DNA of 53,315 bases from an uncultured archaeon (GTDB lineage: Archaea; Asgardarchaeota; Lokiarchaeia; Sigyniarchaeales; SOKP01): positions 1-53,315 of the forward strand of contig CAZOYD010000016.1 in the NCBI GenBank assembly GCA_964583985.1, in the 5' to 3' direction. Both the position numbers and the translations under genes were made by a program. Below are positions 47,867 through 53,315 of the stretch, one piece after another; positions within the stretch are counted from its first letter, which is position 1; every line of letters begins with the position of its first letter. Below the pieces are notes generated by a model. That model was given only the letters and a program-made list of their open reading frames with translations. It searched no databases and was not told the origin of the DNA.

Positions 47867-48934
47867 ATGAAAAAAACAATAGCAGTTTCAAAAGGAGATG
47901 GAATAGGGCCCGAAGTCGTTAATGAAGCGATTAAGGTCATGAAGATTATTGCTGATTATTCTGAATTCGAATTTGAATTCCAAGAAGCTCCTGTAGGGGG
48001 AAGCATTTGGAAAAAATATGGTACTAATCTCCCCGAAAAATCATTTAATACAATAAAAAGTTCTGATGCCTTATTATTTGGAGCTGCGGGACTGCCTGAT
48101 TTGCCCCCAGGAGTTGCGGAATCCTGCATATTAAAAATTAGACAAGAATTGGATCTTTATATTAACCTAAGACCTGTAAAGTTATTTAATAATTTGCGGG
48201 ATCGTTGTCCTCTTAAAGAAGAATTTATTGGTGGAGGTATTGATATCGCCTTTATTAGAGAAAACACGGAAGGACTATATTCTAATAAAGGAGCTGTATT
48301 GAACAATGATGTTGCTGAAAATTTGATGCAGTATACACGGAAAGGATGCGAAAGGATAATAGAATATGCATTTGAATATGCAAAACGCTTCAAGCATGCG
48401 AAGATTACTTCTGTCGATAAAGCGAATCTTTTAAGTCCCAGTAAATTATGGCGTCAGATTTTTCACGAGGTTGGAGATAAATATCCAGATCTTTTAAAAG
48501 AAGACATGTATGTAGATGCCTTTTGTCAATGGTTAATCAGAGCGCCTTTTAGATTTCAAACGGTGGTTACTGGTAATTTATTTGGAGATATCATTAGCGA
48601 TGAAGGTGCATTTCTAATAGGAAGTTTAGGAATGGCTTCAAGTGGCAACATTAATCCGGATAAAGTGTCAATGTATGAACCTATTCATGGTTCTGCTCCA
48701 GATATTGCGGGAAAACAAATTGCTAATCCGATTGGAACGATTCTTAGCGTAAAACTAATGATGCAAGAATCGTTCCAATCAATTCAAATCGCTCAAGAAA
48801 TTGAAAATTCAGTAGAAGATGCTCTCTTATTTGGACGCACCGTGGATATTAAGAAAGACGGAATAAATACGTTAAGTACTTCTCAAATGGGAGATTTGAT
48901 TAGTCAGAAGATTAAAGAAAGGCTAAGGAAATAG
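47867..48934 (+). CDS. leuB: 3-isopropylmalate/isocitrate dehydrogenase family (LeuB-like)
   Basis: GDGIGPEV, LYINLRP, RENTEGLY, VDKAN, NLFGDIISD, YEPIHGSAPDIAGK..ANP; substrate specificity not certain. Confidence 0.8.
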   Translation: MKKTIAVSKGDGIGPEVVNEAIKVMKIIADYSEFEFEFQEAPVGGSIWKKYGTNLPEKSFNTIKSSDALLFGAAGLPDLPPGVAESCILKIRQELDLYINLRPVKLFNNLRDRCPLKEEFIGGGIDIAFIRENTEGLYSNKGAVLNNDVAENLMQYTRKGCERIIEYAFEYAKRFKHAKITSVDKANLLSPSKLWRQIFHEVGDKYPDLLKEDMYVDAFCQWLIRAPFRFQTVVTGNLFGDIISDEGAFLIGSLGMASSGNINPDKVSMYEPIHGSAPDIAGKQIANPIGTILSVKLMMQESFQSIQIAQEIENSVEDALLFGRTVDIKKDGINTLSTSQMGDLISQKIKERLRK

Positions 48935-48940
48935 TAATTA

Positions 48941-50497
48941 TTAATTTAAGGCTCTTGTATTTAAAATTGCATTTAGCATTACTTTTAGAAAATTATAGAT
49001 TTGTGTTCTATAATCTTCACCCATCTTAAGGAAAAGAATTGAGATCCATTTCTCTTCTAAATCACCTTCAATATGAAATTCTTCCAATAATTTTGACCAT
49101 TGCTGGTCATTAGATACCCTGATTCCAACGATTATTACTCTTTTTTTCCTTATTTCTCGCATTATTCTAAGGAGAATGCCTTTCCAAGCAGGATCCACGT
49201 GTTCTTTTTCTCTGGCATCAAATATAACAAATACGGCATCAGAATTGGCTAAATTAAAATTATGATAAAGAAAATTGTTGATGATTAACCCATTGTTATA
49301 GGCATAAAGACGCTCAAGATTGTTATCCTTAATTTTGGAGTATTCACCTAACTGTTCAAGTTCAGAAAGTACTTGGAATCCTGGACTAAATGTCATATTT
49401 TCGGTAATGAAAGAGATTTCTAATATGATAAGTGTTTTCAATGTTTTATTTATTTCATCTAATAATTGTTGATTGATTACATGCTGTTCCTTTTGTTTAG
49501 TTCTCAGCAAATAATGGTATGCTATAAGTTTAAATGCATCTGCTACATTCTCTCCATTTTTTGCGCTTGTCTCTATATAAGAGACACCTTCTGGAGATAA
49601 TGTGTTAGCTAATTCCAACCCTTCTTCACGTGTCACGACACGTTGTTCCTTCAAATCTAACTTATTACCAACTAAAATAAGAGGAATCTCTCTGTCTTCT
49701 ATCAATTCTGTAAGTTCTTGATACCATATCTTAATGTTTTCGAATGTAGATCGATTTGTTAAGTCATAGACTATGAAGGCAGCTTCCGCTCCGCTATAAT
49801 ATATCTTTCTAAAGCGTTTAAAGAAAACTTGTGCTCCCACATCCCATAATGTCAAGCTTAATATACTCCCTTGAAATTCGAATGAATGAGCCAATACATT
49901 TAGGCCAATTGTAGCTCTATAATCTATAAGGTATTTTTTTTCAACATATTGTCTTATGAGAGAGGTTTTTCCAACTTCATGATCGCCAACAATAATGAAT
50001 TTAAAAGTATAACATCCCTTTTCCGAAGAATCTTCGATATTACATATTTGATCCTTTAATAGATTGTGTCTTTTGACTTCTTCATCAAAATCAGGAATGT
50101 TAAGTTGTATAGAATCTCCATCTTCTGCAGTGAGAATTTGAGCTGTCTTTTCTGCAAGGAAATAGGCATAAGGAGCGATTTTATCAACAGAAGCCATGCT
50201 TTTTAAAATTAAACTTAAAATATTTTCTCGATCTATTGAAATAAATAGCAAGCGATATTCATTTGTGTCAAAACTTCCAGTTCCAAATTGCTTAAATGAA
50301 TATTCATCTCTAATTCGTGTTAATATAGGATTGACTAATGTGGTTAATACTGATACTAGTTCAATATCTATCCCTTCTCTTTTTTCTCCAGCTACAATTA
50401 ATCCATCAAAATCTGATACAATTATTGCTTCAATATCGAAAAATTTCTCCAAAAAACTGCCAAATATGCCAGAAAATAGTTGATTTTTATTTATCAA
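48941..50497 (-). CDS. Roadblock/LC7 - Rab-like small GTPase - degenerate GTPase-like domain fusion
   Basis: IEAIIVSDFDGLIVA roadblock; G1 GDHEVGKTS, G2 YRATIG, G3 WDVGAQ, G4 GNKLD, G5 ETSAK. Confidence 0.88.
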   Translation of the reverse strand: MINKNQLFSGIFGSFLEKFFDIEAIIVSDFDGLIVAGEKREGIDIELVSVLTTLVNPILTRIRDEYSFKQFGTGSFDTNEYRLLFISIDRENILSLILKSMASVDKIAPYAYFLAEKTAQILTAEDGDSIQLNIPDFDEEVKRHNLLKDQICNIEDSSEKGCYTFKFIIVGDHEVGKTSLIRQYVEKKYLIDYRATIGLNVLAHSFEFQGSILSLTLWDVGAQVFFKRFRKIYYSGAEAAFIVYDLTNRSTFENIKIWYQELTELIEDREIPLILVGNKLDLKEQRVVTREEGLELANTLSPEGVSYIETSAKNGENVADAFKLIAYHYLLRTKQKEQHVINQQLLDEINKTLKTLIILEISFITENMTFSPGFQVLSELEQLGEYSKIKDNNLERLYAYNNGLIINNFLYHNFNLANSDAVFVIFDAREKEHVDPAWKGILLRIMREIRKKRVIIVGIRVSNDQQWSKLLEEFHIEGDLEEKWISILFLKMGEDYRTQIYNFLKVMLNAILNTRALN

Positions 50498-50617
50498 GAG
50501 ATTACAGCTATATTTTTGTCGATTTGCTTTAGATTATTCTATAATTATCTAATTAGTAACAGATCACATTTTTAAATATGTATATTAGAGGATACGTGAT
50601 TAAAATTTCTGAAAGGT

Positions 50618-52183
50618 TCAATTATCTTGAATGGCACTTAGCATAATATTTAGTTGATCATATATTTCCAAGCGATATTCCATTCCTATCTTGAAAAATA
50701 AAACTGAAACCATCTTTCGTTCTAAATATTTGTTAATTTCAAAATCTTCGATGATTTTGGACCAATTGGTTTTTTCAGATACTCTTATTCCAATTAACAC
50801 GACCTTATTTTCGTTTAACTGAGCAATAATATTAAGTAAAACTTCTTTCCACTGAGGATCAATAATTTCTTTATCTCGGGCATCAAAAATGATAAAAACT
50901 CCATCAGAATCTGAAACATCAAAAGACTCATAAATAAAATTCTTGACTTTCAAACCATTGGAGTATTCATAAAAGCGATTTTCAATATCTCCTTGAACTA
51001 TTTCGCATTCACAATATTTATTTACTTCGTTAAAAATTTGTAAACCAGGACTCCATAGCGGATTTTTGGTAATAAATGAAATTGTTAGCATACCTTTCTG
51101 TTTTAATATGAGATTAACTTGTTTCATAAAATCAGCTTTTAATCTTTCTTCTTCCAATTCTTTACTCCGTATAATATAATGATAAGCAACTAAATTGAAA
51201 GCATCATTAATATTTTCTCCCGATAGGGCACTTGTTTCAATATAAGATATTCCCCCTTCAAATGTCTCAATTGCTAATTCATTTACAAATTTAATCGCAA
51301 ATTGATAATCAATTTTACGTTCCTCGGATAAATCAGATTTATTACCAACAATTACTATAGGAATTTCTCTAGAACCTGTAATTTGTTTCAATTCATTGAA
51401 CCATTTTTTAATATTGATAAAAGAATCCTTATTTGTCAAATCAAAGACTATAAAACTTGCTTGAGCGCCTTGATAATATGTTTTTCTAAATCGTTTAAAC
51501 ATTTCTTGGGCTCCAACATCCCAAAGTGAAAAGATAACTTCATTATCATAAAATTCAAGCTTATGGGTCAGTATATTTAACCCAATTGTGGCGCGATAAT
51601 CTGTTGAAAACTTGTTTTCGATAAAACGACGTATAATGCTTGTTTTTCCCACCATATAATCTCCAATTATTACAAATTTAAACCTATAACTTCCTCCGGA
51701 GTCCAATCGCAATTGGTATATTTGATCTTTCATTTTTGGAGAATCTGAAGATGAATCTGATTCTACCTGAAAATTAGGAATGGTAAGTTGAACTGAATCG
51801 CCCACTTCTGCGTTGAGAATTTGAGCTGCCTTTTCTGCAAGAAAAAATGCGTATGGGGCGATAGCATCAATTGAACCTATATTACTTAAAACAAGGCTTA
51901 AAGTAATGTTTTCATTGATGGAAATAAATAATAAACGATATTGATCAGTATCAAATGAACTACTGGTTTTAAGTTTGAAGGAAAACTCATCTCTAATGCG
52001 ATCTAAAATCGGGTTAATCAAGGCTGTAAGAACTGAAATTAATTCAATATTCACATCTTCTCTTTTCTCACCGGCTATTACCAAACCATCAAAATCTGAT
52101 AAAATTATAGCTTGTAAATCTGCATCAATTTCTAAAAAGTTTTTAAATAAATCCGAAAATAACTTTTCTTTTGGAATTGCCAT
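50618..52183 (-). CDS. Roadblock/LC7 - Rab-like small GTPase fusion (tandem paralog)
   Basis: LQAIILSDFDGLVIA; GDYMVGKTS, YRATIG, WDVGAQE, GNKSD, ETSAL; colinear with 48941-50497. Confidence 0.88.
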   Translation of the reverse strand: MAIPKEKLFSDLFKNFLEIDADLQAIILSDFDGLVIAGEKREDVNIELISVLTALINPILDRIRDEFSFKLKTSSSFDTDQYRLLFISINENITLSLVLSNIGSIDAIAPYAFFLAEKAAQILNAEVGDSVQLTIPNFQVESDSSSDSPKMKDQIYQLRLDSGGSYRFKFVIIGDYMVGKTSIIRRFIENKFSTDYRATIGLNILTHKLEFYDNEVIFSLWDVGAQEMFKRFRKTYYQGAQASFIVFDLTNKDSFINIKKWFNELKQITGSREIPIVIVGNKSDLSEERKIDYQFAIKFVNELAIETFEGGISYIETSALSGENINDAFNLVAYHYIIRSKELEEERLKADFMKQVNLILKQKGMLTISFITKNPLWSPGLQIFNEVNKYCECEIVQGDIENRFYEYSNGLKVKNFIYESFDVSDSDGVFIIFDARDKEIIDPQWKEVLLNIIAQLNENKVVLIGIRVSEKTNWSKIIEDFEINKYLERKMVSVLFFKIGMEYRLEIYDQLNIMLSAIQDN

Positions 52184-52275
52184 GTTTTATCGAATCAAAT
52201 GAATTTATTAGAATGAATTTTTAAAATTTATTTAGATGATCAATAACGATACTAATTTAATAATTAATTAAAAAT

Positions 52276-52860
52276 TTGCTGAGTAATATGCATTGCATCA
52301 TTTGTCACATGATGATTATTAAGGACATTGATGAAAAAGAAACTTGTCCAAATGATCACCCCGTTCACAGTAGTTGCTTAATGGAATGGTTAATGAAATC
52401 TAAAAGTTGTCCCTTATGTAGCGAACCTTATTCTCCAGAATTAATTTTAAAATTTGCGGATAATATAAAACAAAGAAACCAAGAAAAAATGAATACTCTT
52501 GAAATTCAAATTAAAAGGGAGCAAATGGGTGAAGTCAATAAAGTCACAGAAAAATTTATTTTTCTAAAAAGTATTGAATTAATTGAAAAATTAGTTAGAA
52601 ATCAAGAATATAATCGAGCCTTAGAAAAAGTGGATTCTCTGGGGGATTTTCCCTTATCAAGCTATAAAGGACAACAAATCCATTTCTTAAAGGGTAAAAT
52701 TAACTTCTTAAGGAAACGTTATGATCTAGCCATTAATCAACTTTTTCGATTAGTTAAGGAAAATTTTGATTTTCCAAATGGATTTCTTTATTTGGGGAAA
52801 TCATATGAAGCATTAGGATTAATTGATAAAGCTAAATGGGCATATGAGAGAGTAAAATAA
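52276..52860 (+). CDS. RING-H2 zinc finger - TPR protein (putative E3 ligase)
   Basis: CIIC...CPNDHPVHSSCLMEWL.....CPLC; C-terminal TPR-like FLYLGKSYEALGLIDKAKWAYER; start may be ATG 52288. Confidence 0.82.
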   Translation: MLSNMHCIICHMMIIKDIDEKETCPNDHPVHSSCLMEWLMKSKSCPLCSEPYSPELILKFADNIKQRNQEKMNTLEIQIKREQMGEVNKVTEKFIFLKSIELIEKLVRNQEYNRALEKVDSLGDFPLSSYKGQQIHFLKGKINFLRKRYDLAINQLFRLVKENFDFPNGFLYLGKSYEALGLIDKAKWAYERVK

Positions 52861-52893
52861 TAGAGTTAAATACCTTCTTACTTTATTTATAGT

Positions 52894-53315
52894 ATGAAAC
52901 CGATTTGTTTGACTATTGCTGGCTCAGATCCCACATCAGGAGCTGGAATACAAGCAGACATAAGAACTTTTGATAGAATTGGAGTACATCCTTTTTCTGC
53001 TATAACAGCTCTTACATATCAAACAGCAACTGAATTCACAGGGTATAAAAGTTTATCAAATAATTTAGATCAACAATTAGAAGTCTTATTTAAAGCATAT
53101 CCTATAAAAGTGATAAAGGTAGGAATGATTCCTGATAATAAAGTGTTAGAAATCATAATTCATTATGTCAAGACTTATGAATTAGATGTTGTACTTGATC
53201 CAGTTTCAATTTCAAGTGTTGGGCATCGTTTGTCTAGTGAAGGTTTAGAATTAGAAATGAAGCGAGATTTGTTCCCTCTAGTTAAAATATTGACTCCAAA
53301 TATATCTGAAGCTAG
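52894..53315 (+). CDS. thiD: Hydroxymethylpyrimidine/phosphomethylpyrimidine kinase (partial, runs off window)
   Basis: [55 protein letters not shown]. Confidence 0.88.
   Translation, partial: MKPICLTIAGSDPTSGAGIQADIRTFDRIGVHPFSAITALTYQTATEFTGYKSLSNNLDQQLEVLFKAYPIKVIKVGMIPDNKVLEIIIHYVKTYELDVVLDPVSISSVGHRLSSEGLELEMKRDLFPLVKILTPNISEA

Noticed and set aside
713-52202. Numerous short antisense or overlapping ORFs (e.g. 713-973, 11000-11269, 33006-33377, 36088-36321, 50196-50483)
   Set aside because: Ser/Ile/Phe-rich shadows or alternative frames of well-supported genes, with no motifs.
1-53315. CRISPR array, IS element, or provirus integrated at the tRNA
   Set aside because: No regularly spaced direct repeats, transposase, integrase or duplicated tRNA 3' end were seen by eye.

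Overview
AT-rich, gene-dense archaeal chromosome segment, most likely from an Asgard archaeon (Lokiarchaeia-like). Markers are an HMf-type histone, an Sm/Lsm protein, CDC48 with an HbYX tail, an intron-containing tRNA, and several eukaryotic-signature-type genes: two roadblock-small GTPase fusions, longin-like proteins, a RING-H2/TPR protein and a possible mu-homology-domain protein. The rest is mostly anaerobic redox and housekeeping genes (AOR, MoaD-like, NifU/NifX-like, LpdA, LeuB-like, ThiD). No transposase, integrase, rRNA or CRISPR array was seen. The best candidate for an undescribed system is 31121-41852. There, a winged-helix DNA-binding domain is fused to a degenerate HdrA-MvhD and encoded with a group-3-type [NiFe]-hydrogenase. 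Its large subunit carries both sequence hallmarks of H2-sensing hydrogenases: His->Gln after the first CxxC and no cleavable C-terminal tail. This operon is divergent from an operon of two paralogous unknowns, an MtdA/B-type dehydrogenase and CDC48; the first three products share an N-terminal [VI]LEL[KT]P[IL]K motif, and an inverted repeat lies between the two operons. Other oddities are a two-intron tRNA-Arg, genes lacking canonical start codons, a six-gene GNAT array near the histone, and a sensor-less TIR-NACHT. All family assignments come from motif recognition by eye; no database searches were run.
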